DNA from: Candidatus Heimdallarchaeota archaeon
GTDB taxonomy: Archaea > Asgardarchaeota > Heimdallarchaeia > Heimdallarchaeales > Heimdallarchaeaceae
Assembly (NCBI GenBank): GCA_030608385.1
Contig: JAUWEG010000003.1
Location: forward strand, 1-48,806
DNA length: 48,806 nt
Direction: 5' to 3'
The position numbers were made by a program, and so were the translations under genes. This document shows positions 27,086 through 35,694 of the stretch, piece by piece; position 1 is the stretch's first letter, and the number at the start of each line of letters is the position of its first letter. The notes beneath the pieces are model-generated. The model saw only the letters and a list, made by a program, of their open reading frames with translations, was not told the DNA's origin and ran no database searches.

Positions 27086-28318
27086 ATGCCTAAAAATATC
27101 AAGAATAAGTCAAAATATTATTTAGAATTAGACAAAAAATGGACCGCTCACAATTACAAACCAATTCCTGTAGTTATTAAGAAAGCTAAGGGAACATGGG
27201 TTTGGGATGTCAATGGCAAAAAATACTTGGATTGTTTAAGTGCTTATTCAAGCCAGAATTTTGGTCATAACAATCCTAAATTAGTAAAAGCGCTCAAGAA
27301 ACAAGCAAATAGGGTTATTCTGACATCTAGAGCTTTCTGCAATGATGTTATGGGAGAAGCAGCAAAGAATCTGTGTGAATTGACTAACTATGAAGTTTTT
27401 CTTCCAATGAACACAGGTGCTGAAGCTGTTGAATCCGCACTGAAAATAGCCAGAAAATGGGGCTATGATAAGAAAGGAGTAGACGAAAACAAAGCAGAAA
27501 TTATTGTTTGTGAAAATAACTTCCATGGAAGAACAATTACAATAATTGGTTTTTCAACTGATCTTGATGCTTTTTCCGGTTTTGGTCCAAAGACACCTGG
27601 TTTTAAGGTTATACCATATGGTGAGGCTAAAGCGTTAGAGAAAGCAATTAATAAGAATACAGTGGCTTTCATGTTTGAACCAATTCAAGGAGAAGCAGGA
27701 GTTTTAATTCCTCCTGAAGGATATCTGAAAGAGGTAGAAACAATTTGTAAGAAAAACAACATTCTTACAATTGCTGATGAAATCCAAACTGGTCTCTGTC
27801 GAACAGGATCTCTTTTTGCTTCTGACCATGAAGGTGTCAAACCTGATATTACTCTTGTTGCTAAAGCAGTAGGTGGAGGAGTTTTTCCAGTATCTGGTGT
27901 TTTATCAAGTTGGGATGTAATGGATGTTCTTACTCCCGGAACTCACGGTTCCACCTGGGGAGGAAATAGTTTAGGAATGGCTGTACTAGATGCTGTGTGC
28001 AATCTTATCAGAGAAGTAGATTATTCTGCAATATCTTTAGAGCTTGGTAAATTCTTTGTTGATGGTTTAAAGAGAATTCAAGAGAAATATCCAAAGAAAA
28101 TTAAGGAAGTTAGAGGAAAAGGTCTTTTAGTCGCTATTGAGCTAAATGATAAAGCTCGACCCTATACTGAGGCAATGATGGATAATTCTCCTATAGGTTT
28201 ACTTGCAAAAGAAACACATGAATTTTCAATTAGGTTTGCACCTCCCTTAGTAGTAACAAAATCTGAACTAACATGGGCTTTAGGAGTTATAGAGAGAGTA
28301 TTCGATGAAGTAAATTAA
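27086..28318 (+). CDS. rocD: class III PLP aminotransferase, ornithine aminotransferase-like
   Basis: The PLP-Lys region DITLVAKAVGGGVFPVSGVL closely resembles the OAT motif DIVLLGKALSGG.YPVSAVL. Other matching segments are SAYSSQNFGHNNP, EPIQGEAGV and ADEIQTGL. Confidence 0.85.
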   Translation: MPKNIKNKSKYYLELDKKWTAHNYKPIPVVIKKAKGTWVWDVNGKKYLDCLSAYSSQNFGHNNPKLVKALKKQANRVILTSRAFCNDVMGEAAKNLCELTNYEVFLPMNTGAEAVESALKIARKWGYDKKGVDENKAEIIVCENNFHGRTITIIGFSTDLDAFSGFGPKTPGFKVIPYGEAKALEKAINKNTVAFMFEPIQGEAGVLIPPEGYLKEVETICKKNNILTIADEIQTGLCRTGSLFASDHEGVKPDITLVAKAVGGGVFPVSGVLSSWDVMDVLTPGTHGSTWGGNSLGMAVLDAVCNLIREVDYSAISLELGKFFVDGLKRIQEKYPKKIKEVRGKGLLVAIELNDKARPYTEAMMDNSPIGLLAKETHEFSIRFAPPLVVTKSELTWALGVIERVFDEVN

Positions 28319-28322
28319 AACT

Positions 28323-28559
28323 TCATCCTTCATTTTTATTATTATAATAAAAGTCTGCTTCTGAATAATCATAATCGTTCTTTTTTAAAATTAGATAAGC
28401 TCTTTCAATTGAGGTTGTGAAAATTTTTCTATTTGGTTCCCTGTAAATTCTAACTTGATAGACGGATCTGTTTATAGAGATGATTTCCCCATTTTTGTGT
28501 AATAATACTACCTCCTTCTCAGTTTGATCCGTACCAGGTAGAATCTGGTGGCTATGCAT
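28323..28559 (-). CDS. possible small protein (78 aa)
   Basis: This is an ORF only, sitting in an otherwise unexplained gap between rocD and the antiporter gene. Confidence 0.25.
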   Translation of the reverse strand: MHSHQILPGTDQTEKEVVLLHKNGEIISINRSVYQVRIYREPNRKIFTTSIERAYLILKKNDYDYSEADFYYNNKNEG

Positions 28560-28684
28560 AACATAAAGTCTAGTGTAGAATATTTAAACCCAGAAAGGAA
28601 AATGATGAAGTTTAGTTTCAGTCAAGTCTACAATTTCTCAAATGATGAAAAAGAGAAAAATGAAAAAAATGAGTTTCATATTCT

Positions 28685-29905
28685 TCATATAAGAATTGCT
28701 ATATCCTCAAACAGTATAATGAAAACGAGAATTTGAAGTAATATAATCATTATAGCCTCAAACGTGTCAAATCTTCCATCCTGTATACATCTTTTAACAA
28801 ACCAGAGCGTTCCTGCAATTGATCCCAATTGAATTAGTATAAATGGATGAAGAGTTATTGAAACTATGATTCCTATAATACCAAAGATCAATAATGTTGA
28901 TTGTAAAATTCCTCCCATTGCATTGCCAATTCCTACTTCTATTTCACCTTTCGCTGCTGACATAATCGCAATTCCATGTTCAGGAACTGCTCCAGCTGCA
29001 CCTAATATCAGAGCTGCAGTTAAAGGTCCTTTTGGAGAAGAAAAGAAAGTAACGTTACTTATCAAATGCTGAACACTTTCAGTAAGAGTTTCACCACCAA
29101 AGTAAATTCCAACAAATCCTAGTATGAGAAGAAACACAGTTATTGGCTTAGAAAGAAGATCATGATCATTAGAACCCCCCTTAGTATGTTTTTCATCTGT
29201 TTTGTGTTGTTCTTCCGTCTCAACTCCATTATCCTCTAAATTTTTTACCATTTTGTTAGTATTTTCTTTTACAAAAATTAAGTATACAAGATAAATAACA
29301 TAGCTTGCAGCAAGCATTGCAGCAACAGGTATTGTGAGTTGTGCTAAATTCAAATCATCTTTACCAAAATAAGAATACTGGACAAAACCAAAGAGTACAG
29401 TCATTAATAATGCAACAATAGCCCATCTGATGATAGGTGATTCTCTTTTTTTAAGATCATCAGGAACAGCTATACTACCTCTCTTTTTTAAAGTAGCAAC
29501 TAAGATGGCAATTCCGAGGATAATTGTATTAAAACCTGCTGCTGATAATACTGTCACTACGGCCATAAGTTGATTTGTAGCCTTAACACCTGTTTTAGAA
29601 GTAATTAATATAATTGCAATTACAGCTTCTGGTAAGTTTGAAGCAATACTTGATAGAACACCTGCAACATATTCTGACAAACCAACATATTTTGCACCGC
29701 TATTCAATCCTGATACAGCCCACTCCGATGGTCTAAAAGCTAACCATGTTCCTACCGCAAAACCTGATATTGTTAACCAGAGAGGGGGGTGACCTGCATA
29801 AACAGCTTTAGCAAGAATGAAATATACGATTATTACAGAAAAAGCTATTATTGCCTCCCAAATTGTTATGTGAAATATATGTTTGAATTTCTTGATAAAA
29901 CTCAT
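28685..29905 (-). CDS. Ca2+/cation antiporter (CaCA, sodium/calcium exchanger membrane region) family
   Basis: Two alpha-repeat motifs are present: GVLSSIASNLPEAVIAI and GAAGAVPEHGIAIMSAAKGEIEVGIGNAMGGILQS. They are separated by a hydrophilic loop. The ATG at 29905 lies 2 codons inside the TTG start of the ORF track. Confidence 0.8.
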   Translation of the reverse strand: MSFIKKFKHIFHITIWEAIIAFSVIIVYFILAKAVYAGHPPLWLTISGFAVGTWLAFRPSEWAVSGLNSGAKYVGLSEYVAGVLSSIASNLPEAVIAIILITSKTGVKATNQLMAVVTVLSAAGFNTIILGIAILVATLKKRGSIAVPDDLKKRESPIIRWAIVALLMTVLFGFVQYSYFGKDDLNLAQLTIPVAAMLAASYVIYLVYLIFVKENTNKMVKNLEDNGVETEEQHKTDEKHTKGGSNDHDLLSKPITVFLLILGFVGIYFGGETLTESVQHLISNVTFFSSPKGPLTAALILGAAGAVPEHGIAIMSAAKGEIEVGIGNAMGGILQSTLLIFGIIGIIVSITLHPFILIQLGSIAGTLWFVKRCIQDGRFDTFEAIMIILLQILVFIILFEDIAILI

Positions 29906-29972
29906 ACTCAAAAATATTCTCGAGTAATATATAAATTGTTGGGAGGTTAATTAGGATAAACCAATATTGACA

Positions 29973-32900
29973 TTACTCCTTTGTTTCCCCTTCTTCCACT
30001 GTCTCTGAAACAGCTTCATTATTTTCTTTTGAATCAATCTCCGATCTAAGGATTTTTCTTACTTTTTCAGTTTCTAGATAACTGTCTGAAATTTTTTGAG
30101 TAATCACTTCTATTTTCTTAGCTTCCTCGATTATAATTGTTGAATGTAAGGTTTCAGAAAGTTCAGCATAACCTATTACTCCCATTAGAGGATTTCTAAT
30201 TCTATCTACCAGTTCAGCGAAATCCTCAATATTTTGAGCAATTTGGTCATAAGCTTGCCTTCGTAGCTCCCTATCACGTTTTCTATCAGTGATATCTCTT
30301 GCTGTTACTAACATTGTTAATTCTTCTTTTAGAGTAAAGGGTGTTGCAGTGATTTCAACTGGGAAAGTTGTTCCATCTTTTCGAATAAATTCTCGTTCAA
30401 ATCTAATGATATATTTTTCCATCATTTCAGCGAAATAATCCATTATCTCTTCCTCCGTTAAATCCTTAACAAGGTCTACAAGACTCAAACCAATTAGTTC
30501 CTCTCTTTTATATTTGGTCATTACTAATGCTGGATCATTTGCTTCTACAATATTACCGATAGAACCATCTCGTGGTATACTCAGAATTGCAATAATATCA
30601 TTTGCTTCATGGAAAAGCTTACGATATCTTTCCTCACTTTCCATTAATTCTCGCTCTGCATTTTTTCGCTCAGTGATATCTCTAGATACCGATAGAACAA
30701 CCATTTCACCTCTTAACTCAAAAACATGAGAACTAATTTCAGTAGGAATTCTTTTTCTATCTTTAGATATTAAGGTATTTTCAAAAGTTGTTATTCCTTC
30801 CTTTATAATTTGATGAATATTTTCAGAAAGTACATCTCTGTCTTCAGGAGCTGTAATTTCAGAGGATTTCATTTTCAAAAGTTCAGCTCTTTCATATCCC
30901 AATAGTGTGCAAGCTACGTCATTAACCTCTATGAATGTACTAGTACTATTTCTTTCTTCATCGACATTTGTCAAGAAAATAGCATCATTTGTATTATTGA
31001 AAATTTGTCTATATTGTTCTTCTCTCTCTATAAGTTCTTCTTCAGCTTTTTTGCGGTCAGTTATATCCCTGACAATTCCCTGAACAACCTCTATTCCTCC
31101 TATTTCAAACCTACTAGAAGATACATCTGCTGGGAAGACTGAACCGTCTTTTCTTCGGAATCTGGTTTCAAAATTAACAGAACCTTTTTCCTCTATTGTA
31201 TCAAATGCTTTCTTAGATGTTTCCTGCTCAGTAATTGGGTGCAATTGCATTATGGTTAATTGAAGAAATTCTGATTTTGAATAACCGAAGAGCTCTTTAA
31301 CCCGTAGATTGACATCCAAAATATTTCCTCTTAAATCATGTAGGAATATTCCATCATTTGATTGATCAAAAGTTTGTCTGAATTTTTCTTCACTTTCTTT
31401 TAGTGCTGATTCAGCTTTCATTCTTTCCTCAATATCTCCAATAACAGCCATTATTTCAGAAGGATTTCCTTCCTCATCTGTAGTTAGAGAAGCACTTAGT
31501 TCTATTGGAAATTTGCTTCCATCTCTCTTTAGTGACATAAATTGAGTATTTTGTAATCGTCCTTCAGTTAAAACTAGTTTTAGTTGACTATTTGCAAATT
31601 CTAGATTCTCTCTAGCAATAAAATCAACAGTTGTCAAACCAATCATATCTTTTATATCATCATATTCATACATATTTGCAGTCTGTTGATTGGCAAAAGA
31701 AACTCGTCCATCTAGATCAATCAGAATAATAGCGTCAGGAGAGGTTTCAATAAGTGTTCTATATCTTTCTTCACTCTTCCTAATAGAAAGTTCAGCTATC
31801 TTTTGTTCGGTTATATCTCTAGCTACAGAAAGCAATACTTGTTGATCTCTCAGTGTAAAGAGATGGGAGCTTAATTCCACTGGTCGCAATTCACCTTTTT
31901 TATTTTCTATTTGCGTTTCAAAAGTTTTTGTTCCTGCTGCGAATAGATCTGCTGTAATTTCCAACGAAAATTGAAGATTACTAAAATTACTATTTGCATC
32001 AATTGAATGTTTGAGAAGTTCTTCTCGAGAGTATCCCAACCACTGACAAGCTGTTTCATTCACTTCTAACATGTCCCCAATTTCGTCATATTCATTTATT
32101 TTGTGAATGAAAATTGCATCTTTTGCATTTTGGAATATTTGTCTAAATTTTTGTTCACTTTCTTTAAGAGCTTCTTCTGCTTTTTTCCTTTCAGTAATGT
32201 CGATTTCAACACCTATAAAACCAAAAACGCTTCCTTCTTTATCTTTTATAGCTGCTGCATGAAACACCCCTGGGATGGTTGTTTCGTCTTTTCTTAAAAT
32301 TGAAACTTCAATATCATGAATGAATCCATCTTCTATGGTTCTTCTTTGAACATCTTGAGCTGTAAAAGTATCCTCATAGGCAATTAGTTCATTAGTATTC
32401 TTTCCAAGTAATTGATCTTCGTTCTCATAACCATGAAGAATAGCTGCTCTTTTATTGACAAATGTCACTCTACCAGATGAATCTGAACGTATAATTGCTG
32501 CGGGAATTGTTTCAACTAATTTTCTGTATTTTTCCTCACTTTCCATTAAGTCTCTTTGGGCTTTTTTCCTTTCAGTAATATCCCTTGCTATTGAAAGTAT
32601 TACTTTTTGAGATTGTAATTCGAAGATGTGTGAATTAATTTCAACTGGTATCCGTTTTCTATCCTTAGAAAATAGAATAGTCTCAAAAGTCAAATGACCT
32701 GTATCCACAATCTTCTTTGTATACTCAGAATTGTAATCTATCTCTTCAGGAGCTGTAATATCACTAGAAAACTTATTAAGCAATTCTTCTTTAGAAAAAC
32801 CTAACCATCGTAATGCTACATTATTTGCTTCAATAAATTTACTTGAAGAACCATTTTCTCTTAGGTAAGTTAAGAAGATAGCATCACTTGAATTATGGAA

Positions 32901-34433
32901 TATCTGTCTAAACCTTTCTTCACTACTAGTAATCTCCGCCTCTGCTTTTCTTCTCTCTCTTAAATCTCTAGCTGTTGTTAAAACAACTTTTTCATTGTTC
33001 ATTAAGAAGATATTTGAGTTATATTCAACTGGAATCTTACTACCGTCTTTGTGAATTATGTACCCTTCGAATGTAACTCTACTTTTTTCTAATAGATTTT
33101 TACCGATTTCTGATTGTCCAACAGTTTCTTCTGGGGTATGTAAATCAACTGGTGTCATTTGAAGAAGTTCTTCTCTTGAAAATCCAGTCCATTCACATGC
33201 TATATAATTTACTTCTATAAACTTCCCCATCACGTTATCAGCTGTTAAGGGTGACATGAAAATAGCTTCATCTACATTCTGGACTATTTGTCTGAACTTT
33301 TCTTCACTTTCTATCAATTCATCTTGTTCTTCTTTCCTTTCGGTGATATCTCTTACAACAGCTAAACTAACTAAGTCATCACCAAGAGTGAATAAGTGAG
33401 AATTAATTTCCACAATTATCACCCTTCCATCTTTAGTTTTATGCATTCTCTCAAAAGTAAGTTCTTTTTTCTCCATTAACTCCTGTACAAATTCTAAACT
33501 TTCCTTTTCTCCTGTAACAATGAAGTCAGATGGTTTCATCTTCATGAATTCTTCTCTAGTGTAACCATACATGGCAGCTGCTACACTGTTAGTTTCAATG
33601 ATCTCTTCAAATGTTCCATCATCTCCTCTTCTACTGACGAAGATACCATCATTTGTATTATGAAAAATCTGTTTAAATCTTTCTTCACTTTCTTGAAGTT
33701 CTTTGGATGTTTGTTTACTTTCTGTAATATCACTAGCTAATTCTGCTACTCCAATTAAATTCCCGTCATCTCCATAAACAGGGTATCCTCGAACAAACCA
33801 GGTTTTATGATCTGGAGTTATTACTTCTGCAATATGCTCTTGTCCTGAATCTCTTGCTTTAATGACAGGGCAATTGTCACATGGTTGGTCTCTTTGATAC
33901 CATAGTTCATAACATGTTTCTCCAACAATATCCTCCGGAGATTGACCCAATAGATCACTTGCAATTTTATTAGACCAAATTATTTTCATGTCTGTATCAT
34001 AGAAAATTATATGTTCAGTCAGAAAATCTAAGAATTTTGATTTTTTGAACTCAGAAGCCATAACTTTGGTTTCTTTTTGTTTATCCCCTGTTATGTCATT
34101 AGTAATAATAAAAAGTTTGTTTAATTTTTCTCCCTCTATAATAGGATAAAAGCGATTACGTATGAACTTTCTAGTTCCATCCTTTGTTGCAATCCAAAAT
34201 TCGATTTCTTTTGGGTAAGTATTCATTTTATCATTTTCAGATTTAATTAATTTCAATCTGTTTTTCTCTTCTGTTGCAGCAAGAAAAATAAAGTTTTTTC
34301 CTTGTATCTCTTTTAATGAATATCCTGTTATTTGTAACAAATAATCGTTTGCAAATTCGATTTTTCTATTTTTTACTATAGTTACTCCTACATCGATTTT
34401 ATCGAATATCTCCCCTAAGTCTTCTTCTGCCAT
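29973..34433 (-). CDS. multi-PAS sensor protein (11 PAS domains) ending in a His-less DHp-like segment, no HATPase domain
   Basis: Eleven PAS modules are delimited by a repeated linker, DITERKKAE..L.ESEE+FRQIF. The C-terminus is AELVDRIRNPLMGVIGYAEL. The ORF-track start at 34481 is TTG; the ATG at 34433 (MAEEDLGEIF) is preceded by GTGA. Confidence 0.85.
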   Translation of the reverse strand: MAEEDLGEIFDKIDVGVTIVKNRKIEFANDYLLQITGYSLKEIQGKNFIFLAATEEKNRLKLIKSENDKMNTYPKEIEFWIATKDGTRKFIRNRFYPIIEGEKLNKLFIITNDITGDKQKETKVMASEFKKSKFLDFLTEHIIFYDTDMKIIWSNKIASDLLGQSPEDIVGETCYELWYQRDQPCDNCPVIKARDSGQEHIAEVITPDHKTWFVRGYPVYGDDGNLIGVAELASDITESKQTSKELQESEERFKQIFHNTNDGIFVSRRGDDGTFEEIIETNSVAAAMYGYTREEFMKMKPSDFIVTGEKESLEFVQELMEKKELTFERMHKTKDGRVIIVEINSHLFTLGDDLVSLAVVRDITERKEEQDELIESEEKFRQIVQNVDEAIFMSPLTADNVMGKFIEVNYIACEWTGFSREELLQMTPVDLHTPEETVGQSEIGKNLLEKSRVTFEGYIIHKDGSKIPVEYNSNIFLMNNEKVVLTTARDLRERRKAEAEITSSEERFRQIFHNSSDAIFLTYLRENGSSSKFIEANNVALRWLGFSKEELLNKFSSDITAPEEIDYNSEYTKKIVDTGHLTFETILFSKDRKRIPVEINSHIFELQSQKVILSIARDITERKKAQRDLMESEEKYRKLVETIPAAIIRSDSSGRVTFVNKRAAILHGYENEDQLLGKNTNELIAYEDTFTAQDVQRRTIEDGFIHDIEVSILRKDETTIPGVFHAAAIKDKEGSVFGFIGVEIDITERKKAEEALKESEQKFRQIFQNAKDAIFIHKINEYDEIGDMLEVNETACQWLGYSREELLKHSIDANSNFSNLQFSLEITADLFAAGTKTFETQIENKKGELRPVELSSHLFTLRDQQVLLSVARDITEQKIAELSIRKSEERYRTLIETSPDAIILIDLDGRVSFANQQTANMYEYDDIKDMIGLTTVDFIARENLEFANSQLKLVLTEGRLQNTQFMSLKRDGSKFPIELSASLTTDEEGNPSEIMAVIGDIEERMKAESALKESEEKFRQTFDQSNDGIFLHDLRGNILDVNLRVKELFGYSKSEFLQLTIMQLHPITEQETSKKAFDTIEEKGSVNFETRFRRKDGSVFPADVSSSRFEIGGIEVVQGIVRDITDRKKAEEELIEREEQYRQIFNNTNDAIFLTNVDEERNSTSTFIEVNDVACTLLGYERAELLKMKSSEITAPEDRDVLSENIHQIIKEGITTFENTLISKDRKRIPTEISSHVFELRGEMVVLSVSRDITERKNAERELMESEERYRKLFHEANDIIAILSIPRDGSIGNIVEANDPALVMTKYKREELIGLSLVDLVKDLTEEEIMDYFAEMMEKYIIRFEREFIRKDGTTFPVEITATPFTLKEELTMLVTARDITDRKRDRELRRQAYDQIAQNIEDFAELVDRIRNPLMGVIGYAELSETLHSTIIIEEAKKIEVITQKISDSYLETEKVRKILRSEIDSKENNEAVSETVEEGETKE

Positions 34434-34569
34434 CTGATTCACTCGAATAGATTTTTTACCCCAGATTGAGAACCAAGCCAATATTATGGTTGCTCTCTTG
34501 ATATATTTATTAAAATAATTTTAATAAGATTGTGATGGTTCTAGTCAAAATTTTAACGAGAAAAATCCA

Positions 34570-35694
34570 CTAAAATACTCTCTTGTTGTCTCCAGTAAAA
34601 GTGTAGAGGGATTCAGAGTGTAGAAGAACCGATAGTTTCTGACTTATTGTGAATTTCTTCTTAGTTTTGGTGACAAAGAATAAGTTTTCTCCTTTATAAT
34701 TCAGAGTTAAAACTTGTTGATCAAGTATTTTTTCTGAATCAGTAATAGAACATTCCAGTACTATTTGATTTTCATCAACAGTTTTGTTTGGATCTAGTTC
34801 TCTGATTGACTCTGCTCTAAATCCTATTTCACCTTCTGTGATATTTTCTTTTAGAATTCTTTTTTGAAGATTTTTAGGAAGTAAAATCTGTTTGTCAATA
34901 ACTAATGAGACTGAATTTTTTGAGGACTTGAATTTGAGAAAATTCATTGGGAAGTTGCCAATAAATTGTGCTACAAACTTCTGATTAGGTTCATCATAAA
35001 GATCTTCAGGAGGGCCCATTTGAGCAATTTCTCCATCTTGTAATAAAATGATAGTATCTCCGAGGCTGAGAGCTTCAGATTGATCATGTGTCACATAAAC
35101 CATTGTTGTCTTCAGAATTCCATGAAGTTTTCGAATCCATGTTCTCATCTCATATCTTAATCTTGCATCAATATTGCTTAGTGGTTCATCAAAGAGAAAA
35201 ATTACTGGCTTTCTAATTACTTCTCTACCTATAGCTACTCTTTGCTGTTCCCCCCCACTTAGTTGAGAAGGATACTTGTTTCTATGTTCCTCCAATTTAA
35301 ACAACTTTAGTGTTTCATCCACTTTATCTTGTACGTCTGATGATGAGAAAGTTCTTCTTTTAAACAAATTTCCTTCTTTTTGACTCTCCAATGGAAAACG
35401 CAAATTTTCTTCTACAGTCATATGTGGAAAAAGAGGATAGTTTTGAAAAACCATTGCTATGTTTCTTTTATTTGCAGGTATGTTTGTTATGTTTTTTTCA
35501 TTAAAAAATATTTGACCTTCTGAAGGATATAATAATCCTGCTAGAATTCTCAATAATGTGGTTTTTCCACTTCCTGAAGGTCCGAGGATAACAGTGAAAC
35601 TTCCTTCAGGAATTGTGATATTAATATCATTGAGAGCTGTTTTTTTGCCATATTTTTTTGTTAGATTTTTTATTTCAACTTTCATTTCATACAT
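34570..35694 (-). CDS. ABC importer ATP-binding subunit, MalK/UgpC type
   Basis: It has Walker A GPSGSGKTT, Q-loop, signature LSGGEQQRV, Walker B IFLFDEPLS, H-loop VTHDQ and a C-terminal regulatory (TOBE-like) domain. It overlaps or abuts the permease gene stop. Confidence 0.92.
   Translation of the reverse strand: MYEMKVEIKNLTKKYGKKTALNDINITIPEGSFTVILGPSGSGKTTLLRILAGLLYPSEGQIFFNEKNITNIPANKRNIAMVFQNYPLFPHMTVEENLRFPLESQKEGNLFKRRTFSSSDVQDKVDETLKLFKLEEHRNKYPSQLSGGEQQRVAIGREVIRKPVIFLFDEPLSNIDARLRYEMRTWIRKLHGILKTTMVYVTHDQSEALSLGDTIILLQDGEIAQMGPPEDLYDEPNQKFVAQFIGNFPMNFLKFKSSKNSVSLVIDKQILLPKNLQKRILKENITEGEIGFRAESIRELDPNKTVDENQIVLECSITDSEKILDQQVLTLNYKGENLFFVTKTKKKFTISQKLSVLLHSESLYTFTGDNKRVF

Noticed and set aside
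28548-28736. A 62-aa plus-strand ORF in and overlapping the rocD/antiporter spacer.
   Set aside because: It overlaps the 3' end of the antiporter gene, is Lys/Asn-rich low complexity, and has no signals.
29973-34433. The repeated PAS modules as evidence of nucleotide-level tandem repeats or assembly collapse.
   Set aside because: Similarity is confined mainly to the protein-level linker motif, and the modules differ substantially in DNA sequence and length. They look like old duplications rather than a repeat artefact.
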